Shown one piece after another: positions 39,088-50,599 of a DNA stretch of 64,000 nucleotides. The notes beneath the pieces are model-generated. The model worked only from the letters and a program-made list of their open reading frames with translations. It made no database searches and had not been told where the DNA came from. Where the stretch lies: NCBI GenBank assembly GCA_964016885.1, contig OZ024742.1, positions 108,748,001-108,812,000 of the forward strand, in the 5' to 3' direction. Source of the DNA: Eledone cirrhosa (taxonomy: Eukaryota). Made by a program: the position numbers and the translations under genes. Every line of letters starts with the position of its first letter. The first letter of the stretch is position 1.

Positions 39088-41508
39088 ACCGGCAACCGCT
39101 CTTTCAAACCAGTTCCTGTACACAGCTAAGTATTCTATAAGTCTCTAGCTGTGTCATTCTCGATAAAAGCACTGGATATGTAGTCCTGATGATTTCTAAC
39201 AAGAATGAAACGCGTAGATTACTTCCCTTGCTTTTATCGAGAATCTAATTGTAATACGTGACGTATTCTATTCTATAGCGATTAGGTCTTCAAAATGTTT
39301 ATTATAAACATACAGAATATTTTCGAATATTCTATGTCTATATTCACATATATATCGCTATTTCAGAGCATTTATTCCAATTTCTAATTTCTGCCGGACC
39401 GGCAACCGCTCTTTCAAACCAGTTCCTGTACACAGCTAAGTATTCTATAAGTCTCTAGCTGTGTCATTCTCGATAAAAGCACTGGATATGTAGTCCTGAT
39501 GATTTCTAACAAGAATGAAACGCGTAGATTACTTCCCTTGCTTTTATCGAGAATCTAATTGTAATACGTGACGTATTCTATTCTATAGCGATTAGGTCTT
39601 CAAAATGTTTATTATAAACATACAGAATATTTTCGAATATTCTATGTCTATATTCACATATATATCGCTATTTCAGAGCATTTATTCCAATTTCTAATTT
39701 CTGCCGGACCGGCAACCGCTCTTTCAAACCAGTTCCTGTACACAGCTAAGTATTCTATAAGTCTCTAGCTGTGTCATTCTCGATAAAAGCACTGGATATG
39801 TAGTCCTGATGATTTCTAACAAGAATGAAACGCGTAGATTACTTCCCTTGCTTTTATCGAGAATCTAATTGTAATACGTGACGTATTCTATTCTATAGCG
39901 ATTAGGTCTTCAAAATGTTTATTATAAACATACAGAATATTTTCGAATATTCTATGTCTATATTCACATATATATCGCTATTTCAGAGCATTTATTCCAA
40001 TTTCTAATTTCTGCCGGACCGGCAACCGCTCTTTCAAACCAGTTCCTGTACACAGCTAAGTATTCTATAAGTCTCTAGCTGTGTCATTCTCGATAAAAGC
40101 ACTGGATATGTAGTCCTGATGATTTCTAACAAGAATGAAACGCGTAGATTACTTCCCTTGCTTTTATCGAGAATCTAATTGTAATACGTGACGTATTCTA
40201 TTCTATAGCGATTAGGTCTTCAAAATGTTTATTATAAACATACAGAATATTTTCGAATATTCTATGTCTATATTCACATATATATCGCTATTTCAGAGCA
40301 TTTATTCCAATTTCTAATTTCTGCCGGACCGGCAACCGCTCTTTCAAACCAGTTCCTGTACACAGCTAAGTATTCTATAAGTCTCTAGCTGTGTCATTCT
40401 CGATAAAAGCACTGGATATGTAGTCCTGATGATTTCTAACAAGAATGAAACGCGTAGATTACTTCCCTTGCTTTTATCGAGAATCTAATTGTAATACGTG
40501 ACGTATTCTATTCTATAGCGATTAGGTCTTCAAAATGTTTATTATAAACATACAGAATATTTTCGAATATTCTATGTCTATATTCACATATATATCGCTA
40601 TTTCAGAGCATTTATTCCAATTTCTAATTTCTGCCGGACCGGCAACCGCTCTTTCAAACCAGTTCCTGTACACAGCTAAGTATTCTATAAGTCTCTAGCT
40701 GTGTCATTCTCGATAAAAGCACTGGATATGTAGTCCTGATGATTTCTAACAAGAATGAAACGCGTAGATTACTTCCCTTGCTTTTATCGAGAATCTAATT
40801 GTAATACGTGACGTATTCTATTCTATAGCGATTAGGTCTTCAAAATGTTTATTATAAACATACAGAATATTTTCGAATATTCTATGTCTATATTCACATA
40901 TATATCGCTATTTCAGAGCATTTATTCCAATTTCTAATTTCTGCTGGACCGGCAACCGCTCTTTCAAACCAGTTCCTGTACACAGCTAAGTATTCTATAA
41001 GTCTCTAGCTGTGTCATTCTCGATAAAAGCACTGGATATGTAGTCCTGATGATTTCTAACAAGAATGAAACGCGTAGATTACTTCCCTTGCTTTTATCGA
41101 GAATCTAATTGTAATACGTGACGTATTCTATTCTATAGCGATTAGGTCTTCAAAATGTTTATTATAAACATACAGAATATTTTCGAATATTCTATGTCTA
41201 TATTCACATATATATCGCTATTTCAGAGCATTTATTCCAATTTCTAATTTCTGCCGGACCGGCAACCGCTCTTTCAAACCAGTTCCTGTACACAGCTAAG
41301 TATTCTATAAGTCTCTAGCTGTGTCATTCTCGATAAAAGCACTGGATATGTAGTCCTGATGATTTCTAACAAGAATGAAACGCGTAGATTACTTCCCTTG
41401 CTTTTATCGAGAATCTAATTGTAATACGTGACGTATTCTATTCTATAGCGATTAGGTCTTCAAAATGTTTATTATAAACATACAGAATATTTTCGAATAT
41501 TCTATGTC

Positions 41509-41514
<6 letters not shown>
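39088..41514 (+). repeat. Tandem array of 310-bp units (~7.8 copies), each with a type I hammerhead (retrozyme-like)
   Basis: cacagctaag recurs at 39121, 39431, 39741, 40051, 40361, 40671, 40981 and 41291; only one substitution noticed (40945). Confidence 0.95.
39156..39244 (+). ncRNA. Type I hammerhead of array unit 1 (cores also at 39496, 39806, 40116, 40426, 40736, 41046, 41356)
   Basis: GTAGTC-CTGATGA-TTTCT-aaca-AGAAT-GAAA-CGCG-TA-GATTAC; 16-bp stem I extension attctcgataaaagca/tgcttttatcgagaat; predicted cut after 39216. Confidence 0.85.
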
Positions 41515-41550
<36 letters not shown>

Positions 41551-41554
<4 letters not shown>

Positions 41555-41918
41555 GATATTAACAAATGGAAACTATATTTATAAAACAATATTTATTTCA
41601 TTATACATATTTCAAGGACACGAAGTTAAATTATGGTGTGCTTTCATCAGATAAAATATAATATAGATCAGTTTTATAAATAAATATTGACATACCCTTA
41701 AAACATGCAACCATTACTGTTGGAAGTTCCCGGATAGTAATGCTTCCAACAGTAATAGTTGCATTTTTTAAGGGTATGTCAATATTTATTTATAAAACTG
41801 ATCTATATTATATTTTATCTGATGAAAGCACACCATAATTTAACTTGGTGTCCTTGAAATATGTATAATGAAATAAATATGGTTTTATAAATATAGTTTC
41901 CATTTGTTAATATCGTAT
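41551..41918. repeat. Fold-back element, ~175-bp arms, one hammerhead per arm
   Basis: atacgatattaacaaatgg... mirrored by ...ccatttgttaatatcgtat; TCATCAG at 41644 and CTGATGA at 41819. Confidence 0.9.
41811..41875 (+). ncRNA. Type I hammerhead ribozyme (mirror copy on the - strand at ~41594-41658)
   Basis: TATTTTAT-CTGATGA-AAGcACACCA..TGGTGTcCTT-GAAA-TATGTA-TA-ATGAAATA; extension tatttataaaac/gttttataaata. Confidence 0.75.
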
Positions 41919-42002
41919 TTTTACTCCAAATATTTGTTGAGTGCTTTATATCAGTTATAAAAATATTTGCTTGTTGTATCCCAACAATTTAAATAGAACT
42001 TT

Positions 42003-42040
<38 letters not shown>

Positions 42041-42109
42041 GTGTGTGTGTGTGCGTGTGTATATTTGTTTGTGTGTATGTGTATGTATGTGTGTGTGTAT
42101 TTGTATGGT

Positions 42110-42210
<101 letters not shown>

Positions 42211-42534
42211 GTTTATGTGTGTGTGTATGTATTTGCATAATTATATACGGTGATTTAATGCTTATTTTCATTGATCATTTGCTCCAGGAATTTTTGAGTG
42301 CTCTAAATCAGCTATAAACATTTATACCCTTTTCTAATTATTTATTTTTTTATTATTTGTCGTATTCCCAACTTTTTATTTTTATATATATATAATATTT
42401 ATGTATTTTATATATATATATGTGTGTGTGTGTGTGTATGTATGTATGTGTATGTGTATATATATATATATAAATGTATATATATATATATTTAAGAGTT
42501 AAACAAGGTTCATATGAATACATCTAAGAATGAG

Positions 42535-42605
<71 letters not shown>

Positions 42606-42609
<4 letters not shown>

Positions 42610-43466
42610 TTTCAAACTTTATTTTATCATGAGTTAAAGGTCTATAGATTTTTCCCTGGATTTTACTAAATTCTGTGGATGAATTTATATCCTGATTCTC
42701 TTTTGAGATGAGTTTGAGTTATTTTTCCTAAATCTTTCGTTAACTACTTTTCCCATCTTGACGTTATAGTCGCATATATGTTATAGAGTGCCGTTAGCTT
42801 CTTGCTAAAACAATCTCTATACCTCTCATTTATATTTATACTCGGATTCTTTTCCTAGAGTGCTTAAACTATCTGTGACTAATCCCGGTTTTTTTCATAA
42901 AAACTGTGATAATTATTGCTATTTTGCTGAACTCCTTTGTAGAGTTTTTTTTCAGAATGTATTTGACTGCTATTTCTTGTAAATAAACATTCACTTCCAT
43001 CCTGACGTCACTAGCCCCGTTTTTTCCTCATGTGCTTTTTCATAAATACACATGAAGGCGAACTAGCCAGTTTTAAAATTCCCTTTTTCGGATTATATTA
43101 CTGTGAGAGCCCTGGTTTTCTGTTGAGCTCTGCTGATGAATGACATTCCAACCGTGACCATCTCCACTGAAAGTTTTCATGAAATAGTCTTTTAAGACTA
43201 TACAGAGCATTTGATGTTATTCCAAATTGAAGGATAAGTGTTTCAAACTTTATTTTATCATGAGTTAAAGGTCTATAGATTTTTCCCTGGATTTTACTAA
43301 ATTCTGTGGATGAATTTATATCCTGATTCTCTTTTGAGATGAGTTTGAGTTATTTTTCCTAAATCTTTCGTTAACTACTTTTCCCATCTTGACGTTATAG
43401 TCGCATATATGTTATAGAATGCCGTTAGCTTCTTGCTAAAACAATCTCTATACCTCTCATTTATAT
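42606..43466 (+). mobile_element. 631-bp-period partial tandem element with a hammerhead, inserted in (TA)n
   Basis: 42606-42835 repeated at 43237-43466. Confidence 0.85.
43127..43208 (+). ncRNA. Complete type I hammerhead ribozyme
   Basis: GCTCTG-CTGATGA-ATGA..TCAT-GAA-ATAGTCT-ttta-AGACTAT-A-CAGAGC; all three stems present; predicted cut after 43202. Confidence 0.85.
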
Positions 43467-43871
43467 ATATATATATATGTATTTATGTATGTGGGTATGT
43501 GTATGTGTGTATATATGTATATGTATATGTATGTGTATGTGTGTATATATTTATTTTTACGTATGTATGTGTATGTGCAATTGTGTGTATTGCTTACCAC
43601 GTGTGTTTGTTCATTTATTTGTTGCCTGTATCGCTGTCAACTTTATAATAATTTTTATATTCATTTTTATCTCATGTGACGGTATTTTTATTATTATATT
43701 TTTTCTTATAATTATTTGTGTGTGTGTACATATATCTACATTTGTGCATGCGTATGTATGCGTGTATATATATGTGTATGCATGTGTGTATATGTACGTG
43801 TGTATATATATGTATGATTGTGGGTATGTATATATATATATAGTTATGTAATAAACAACATAAGGCAATTA

Positions 43872-43932
43872 TTTCATTTACCAGTGGTTTCTTAAAAGCA
43901 AACAAATTTAGCTTTCAATCATCAGAATGAAA
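43872..43932 (-). ncRNA. Type I hammerhead (PLE pLTR family, copy A)
   Basis: Reverse complement of the 47824-47884 motif. Confidence 0.8.
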
Positions 43933-44037
43933 AAATCCTGGTGTATTTATTGGCGTTGGATTTTAAAAACAAAAATATAATCTATATGAAAGTGAGGCTG
44001 GAAAAGGAAGAAGGAAAGGAAAAATAAAAACACACAT

Positions 44038-44076
<39 letters not shown>

Positions 44077-44105
44077 TATATACATACACATATATATATA
44101 TACAT

Positions 44106-44138
<33 letters not shown>

Positions 44139-44259
44139 TATATATGTGTATATATATACATACACATACATATACACATACATACATACACACATAAATA
44201 TCAACATATCCATACATACACATACATCAAATACACACACACGCACACACATATATACA

Positions 44260-44319
<60 letters not shown>

Positions 44320-44585
44320 GACATATATATACATACATACACACACATACATATATATACACACATACATATATATATATATACATACACATACATATAG
44401 ATACATATATACATACACATACATACACACAATCATACGTATATACACACGTACATACATACACATACATACACATACATACACACATATATACACGCAT
44501 ACATACGCATGCACAAATATAGAAATATGTACACACACCTACATACTCACACACACAAATAAATATAAGAAAAAATATATATAAT

Positions 44586-44764
44586 AATTGTTTCTACTTT
44601 AGGCACAAGGCCAGCAATTTTCCAGTGTATTACTGGTACTTTATTTTATCGACCCCGTAAGGATGAAAGGCAAAGTCAACCTCGGCGGGATTTGAACTCA
44701 GATCGTAAAGGGACGTAACTATGCTGGAAAGCATGGCGTCCGACCCTCTACCGATACTGCCAAT
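44586..44764 (-). mobile_element. tRNA-derived SINE
   Basis: gagttcaaatcccgccgaggttgactttgcctttcatccttacggggtcgataaaataaagtaccagt on the - strand. Confidence 0.8.
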
Positions 44765-44994
44765 AATAAAAAATAAAAATGAATATAAAGATTATTATAG
44801 TGTTGACAGCGATACAGGCAACAAATAAATGAACAAACACACGTGGTAAGCAATACACACAAATGCACGTACACATACATACGTAAAAATAAATACATAC
44901 ACACACTCTCACACATACACATATATATACAAATACATAAACACATACATACGCATACACATATACATACACACACACACACATATACATATAT

Positions 44995-45036
<42 letters not shown>

Positions 45037-45037
<1 letters not shown>

Positions 45038-45425
45038 GGGGCTCCCACAGGAGCACTGAGTGCAATGTCAACTCTGGATGTCGGTGAGCATGTCCAGCCA
45101 ACCTCAGTCTCCTCTGTGTCACTTTTGAGCTGACTTTTGGGATGCTCCCATACAGCTCTGAGTTTTTCATCCTCAGTGTATACTGATTAATGTTCAGAGC
45201 CATCCTCAGCATTCTCGTGTAGCACCCATCCACCATCTGAGTGAGTTTCTTGGTCAGTGTCCAACATGGACACACTAGAAGAGGAAGACCAAGGTTAACG
45301 TATGTTGATGCCCTAAGGACAGACACTGGTCTGTTGGAGATGCAGGACATGGCAGCGATAATGAGGGACAAAGACCGCTGGAGAGAACTCGTCCATGGAT
45401 CTCGGGAATTTTACCCGAATTTGAT
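45037..45425. mobile_element. LINE 3' fragment with a 5' inversion
   Basis: Minus strand WTLTKK..DGCYTRMLRMALN..RRLRLAGH..LLWEP continues on the plus strand as QHGHTRRGRPRLTYVDAL..DKDRWR. Confidence 0.7.
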
Positions 45426-45539
45426 AGATAGATATATATATATTTACATACATTCATATCCATACATACAAATACAAACACACACATATATATGTGTGTA
45501 AAACTCATTCTTAGATAATTCATATGAACCTTGTTTAAC

Positions 45540-45580
<41 letters not shown>

Positions 45581-46310
45581 TATATACATATACATATATA
45601 TATATATACATATATATACCTACACACACATACATACACATACGTATGCAAACATACATACACACACACACACATATATATAATTATATATATATATATA
45701 TATAAGAAAGAACATAAATATTATATATATAAAAAAACCTAAATATTGTATATATAAAAATAAAAATAAAAATAAAAATAAAAATAAAAATAAAAATAAA
45801 AATAAAAATAAAAATGAAAATAAAAAGTTGGGAATACGACAAATATTAAATAAAAAAATATATTTAGAAAAGGGTATAAATGTTTATAACAGATTTAGAG
45901 CACTCAACAAAGTCCTGGAGCAAAAAATCAATGAAAATAAGCATTAAATCACTGTATGTAATTATGCATATACATACACACATACATATGTATATATATA
46001 TTTACATATATATACATATATATACATCATACACACACACACACAAACACAACCACAGAAATACACACACACATACATATACGTATATATATATATATAT
46101 ACACACACATAGGAAAAAGTCAGACCCCACGGCAGAGCTCAAGCCGTTTCTGAGGCTATTATATATATACACACAAAACCATTATATAAAAAATACATAT
46201 ACACGCACAATTATACCCACACATTAAATACACACACGCATTAAATCTATATATACACACATACATACACACACATATATACATATATATATATACATAT
46301 ATATATATAC

Positions 46311-46413
<103 letters not shown>

Positions 46414-46574
46414 TACATATATACATATATATATATATATACACACACGCACAAATACAACAGAAGTATATAATATACAATTATATATACATATACATAC
46501 AGATAGATATAAACATACATACGCACACATATACATCCACATATACATATACACACACATATACATACACACAC

Positions 46575-46605
<31 letters not shown>

Positions 46606-46849
46606 TACATATACGCAACACACAAAAAAAGAAATATCTAAAAATAAAAAAAATTGGTATGTGAAGGGTAAGGCAGAAAGTAGGGGGGGGGAATAAATGA
46701 CATAGGAAAAAGTTTAAATATAAGGGGAGATAAGGGAGAAAGAGAATACGAGAGTACAGAACGTGGATTCAGCAGGTAAAAAAAACGTAGTGGAAGTAAA
46801 GAGCAGAGAAGGGGTTCAAGGTGATTGAGTTATCGTAGGAATGTCAATC

Positions 46850-47483
46850 CAGTTACAGATCAGATGTGATTTCAGATGAGGACAACATCTGAAGATCTCG
46901 GTCTTTGAGTTCAGGCAAGCAGAAGTGGCTTTCAATTTAGCAAAATCCTATATTTTTCCGTGGTATACAAAGAACAATTCTTTGTGCCCCTTTGGTACTC
47001 CCTCGAATGGTCTAAAATAGACCAATCGATAGAGTACGGGATGTTTTTATCCTTGAATTCCCACACCTTACTTGCGAGGGCCGTTGCTGTTCGTTTATCG
47101 GAGTGCTTAAAAGAAGCGACATGTGCATAAAACCTGGTTTTAAACCTGTCCTGGGTCATGCCAACATATCGCTCACTCCTGGCTGGCTGGTCGTTGATTA
47201 AAGGTGTCACTTTGGCCTCATAAACAACGGATTTGGTGTTACATTTGCCCTGTAATGGGCCTTTATCCGGCTTCCTGCAACTGCATCCTGGATTTGTTCT
47301 CGTACGATTTGAATTAGTAATCTTAGACTTCATTGATGGGCAACAAGAGTAACTGATCTTAACTAAATTTCTATTAAATATCTTATAATATCTATGATTA
47401 GGAGGAAAATGTTTATCTAAGAGGTCAAGGAATTTCCTTCCTACATTAGTTTTGACAGTTAGAGAGAAGGGGGGTGTAAACCA
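46850..47483 (-). pseudogene. PLE RT-thumb/GIY-YIG fragment
   Basis: IWFTPPFSLTVKTNVGRKFL..KISYSC..SVVYEA..YVGMTQDRFKTRF..LASKVW. Confidence 0.9.
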
Positions 47484-47504
47484 AATATACATATATATAC
47501 ACAA

Positions 47505-47536
<32 letters not shown>

Positions 47537-47823
47537 GCATGTGTGTGTGTGTGCGTGTTTGTGTATTTGTGTGTATGTATATGTATGGATATGTTGATAT
47601 ATATGCGTGTGTATGTATGTATGTGTATATGTATGTGTATGTATATATATATATACATATATGTGTGTGTATATATATGTGTATGTATATATGTGTGTGT
47701 ATGTACTTGTGTGTGTGTGCATGTGTGTTTATTTTTCCTTTCCTTCTTCCTTTTCCAGCCTCACTTTCATATAGATTATATTTTTGTTTTTAAAATCCAA
47801 TGTCAATAAATACACCAGGATTT

Positions 47824-47884
47824 TTTCATTCTGATGATTGAAAGCAAAATTTGTTTGCTTTTAAGAAACCACTGGTAAATGAAA
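47824..47884 (+). ncRNA. Type I hammerhead in an inverted pLTR (copy B)
   Basis: TTTCATT-CTGATGA-TTGAAAGCAAA..TTTGCTTTTAA-GAAA-CCACTGG-TA-AATGAAA; predicted cut after 47877. Confidence 0.85.
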
Positions 47885-48626
47885 TAATTGCCTTATGTTG
47901 TTTATTACATAACTAAATATATATATATATATATAACACCCACCTAGTTTTATGCCTGCCTTATACTTGGATTTGGGGGCCTCTGTTGTACATATATATG
48001 CACTTGTGCGTACATATATATATATACACACCTGTATGGATTTACGTGTGTAGATGTGTGTGTATTTCTGGGGGGGGTAGGTGTGAGTGTAGGTACAAGT
48101 CAACCAACATAAGTCTTTTTATTTCTAAAATTTCTAAACTTTCTAAGTATTTGACTCTAACCATAATTTTCAGTATTACCACCCCACATTAATTCCTCAA
48201 TTTGTATGTGTGGATGTGTGTGTGTGTCTGTGGGGATGGGGGTGAGTGTATGTGCAAGTCAACCAACATAAGTCTTTTTATTTGTTAATCTTCTAGTATT
48301 CTACTCTAACCATAATTTTTAGTAGTACCACTCCACATAAATTCCTCAACTTAAGAATGACCTGTAGTATCGAATTTCATACTATTAACCTCAATCTGAC
48401 CAGGAATGCTTTTTGTGAAAATCAGTCATATGGAACTATTGTCATCTTGCCTGACGGTTTGAACTTTACAACACCATCTGCCTCTTTGAGGTCAAATACC
48501 AACCCTACTAGCATCTACAAACTGACCAATGAGAATTAAGACTATTCCAGCTGACAACATTAAATTATTCCTAACAAGCTCATATGTCCCAAGATACATA
48601 GCAGAGTATAAAAGTTTTAATATATG

Positions 48627-48677
48627 AGATTCTACAGGACTAGAACTGTTTCATTCTTTAGAAATCATCAGGAATCT
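48627..48677 (-). ncRNA. Complete type I hammerhead ribozyme
   Basis: Minus strand AGATTC-CTGATGA-TTTCT-aa-AGAAT-GAA-ACAG-ttctagtc-CTGT-A-GAATCT; truncated relatives at ~35500-35535 and ~61370-61412. Confidence 0.85.
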
Positions 48678-49122
48678 GGCTGTCCAAAATAAATGTTGTG
48701 TTATTTATATATTTTCAGGTGGTAGGAGAGGGTGGGGAGTGGGATGGGTGGAGGTCATTGGTTGAAAGAAAAGGGAATTCATTAAAAGCTAATTCTTTAA
48801 GGCCTTTATTTATATTTAGAGTGACAAAGGCAGAAAGAATTCTATAAACAAGTTCAGATTGGGGTGCCACTCCTTCTTTTTAAGTTTCTCTTAGGCTAAC
48901 AATGCCTATATTTCAGGTGTCTATAAGATGGTTGGGGGGTCGGTCATGGTTGATGGATTTAAAGAAAAGGGAAATTCTTTAAAAGCTAATTCTTTAAAGC
49001 TCTACTTAGAGTGACAAAGGCCAAGAGAATTCTATGAACCAGTTCAAATATTGGGTGCCTATCATTATTGTCATGTTTCTCTTAAGCTATATTTCAGGTG
49101 TCAACAGACACATACACATACT

Positions 49123-49192
<70 letters not shown>

Positions 49193-49265
49193 AACATATA
49201 CAAACACATATACACATATATACATATATACACACATACATAAATACATAAATACACATACACAA

Positions 49266-49296
<31 letters not shown>

Positions 49297-49424
49297 ATAT
49301 TCATTAGTTAAGCAAAACAAGACCACAAATTTCACAAGGAAGACATTATTAAAAGATTGTCAACATATTTTAGTTTGATGTAAGGAATGTAGAGAATAAT
49401 AATAATAATATTAATAATAATAAT

Positions 49425-49902
49425 AATTGTTTCTACTTTAGGCACAAGGCCAGCAATCACCAGTGCATTACTGGTACTTTATTTTATCGACCCCGTAAGG
49501 ATGAAAGGCAAAGTCAACCTCGGCGGGATTTGAACTCAGATCGTAAAGGGACGTAACTATGCTGGAAAGCATGGCGTCCGACCCTCTACCGATACTCCCA
49601 ATCCACCGCCTAATTAATAATGTCCTAAACGGACATTATTAATAATAATAATAATAATAATGTCCGTTTACAATTGTTTCGCTACTACATATAATATTTC
49701 TGGATCAAATGATTATAGATCATTTGGCAGTATCGGTGGAGGGTCAGACGCCATGCTTTCCAGCATAGTTACGTCCCTTTACGATCTGAGTTCAAATCCC
49801 GCCGAGGTTGACTTTGCCTTTCATCCTTACGGGGTCGATAAAATAAAGTACCAGTAATGCACTGGGTAATTGCTGGCCTTGTGCCTAAAGTAGAAACAAT
49901 TA
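49425..49902. mobile_element. Two tRNA-derived SINEs, head-to-head (49425-49612 -, 49722-49902 +)
   Basis: Same SINE core in opposite orientations. Confidence 0.8.
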
Positions 49903-49944
49903 TTGATCTGGTTCAGTTGAAAATAATTAACATAGGTTAAGACT

Positions 49945-50520
49945 AGAAAAGACAGAACAGACAACTTTGACATCACGATGGGCTCAAGTGACTCTGCGCA
50001 AATCACAGATTTAGTTGGAATCTACCTATTACATAACATCAGAGCCGAAATCCAACCCTTGCAAGGCGGAATATATAGGGACGACGCCCTATTTGCAGAC
50101 CACAATTGCACTAATCGAGGCATTGACTTGCTCAAAAAACAATTACATAGATTCTTTAAAAATAACGGTCTCTCTATCACCATCGAGCCGAACCATAAAG
50201 TAGTAAACTTCCTAGACGTTACCCTGGATCTTAACAATAACCTATATTACCCGTATCATAAACCAGGTGAAATACTTACATATATTAGCGCACACTCTAA
50301 CCACCCACCGGCAGTCATCAGAGCAGTAATCAAATCTATCTCGTATAGGGTCTCTATGCTATCAGTAAATGAGGAGATATTTATAAACCATGCGGCATAT
50401 TATAATAAGGCTCTTTCTGAATCTGGTTATGAACAGCCCATTTACTATATACCTAAATGCCATAACACAGCAATTCACCACAACCATAATAAACTTAACA
50501 CTAGAACTAGAAATACCTTA
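49945..50520 (+). pseudogene. PLE reverse transcriptase fragment
   Basis: NFDITMGSSDSAQITDLVG; GIYRDDAL; VNFLDVTLDL; YISAHSNHPP. Confidence 0.9.
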
Positions 50521-50599
50521 GCATATAGCCAGGTTCACCGGAATTTTGGCAGCAACAGCACCTATACAGCGAACCTTAATGGTGGCAGTGGCCTGCTTC

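Noticed and set aside
39088-41514. CRISPR array or plain satellite
   Set aside because: There are no variable spacers and the context is eukaryotic; whole 310-bp units repeat and contain a structured ribozyme motif
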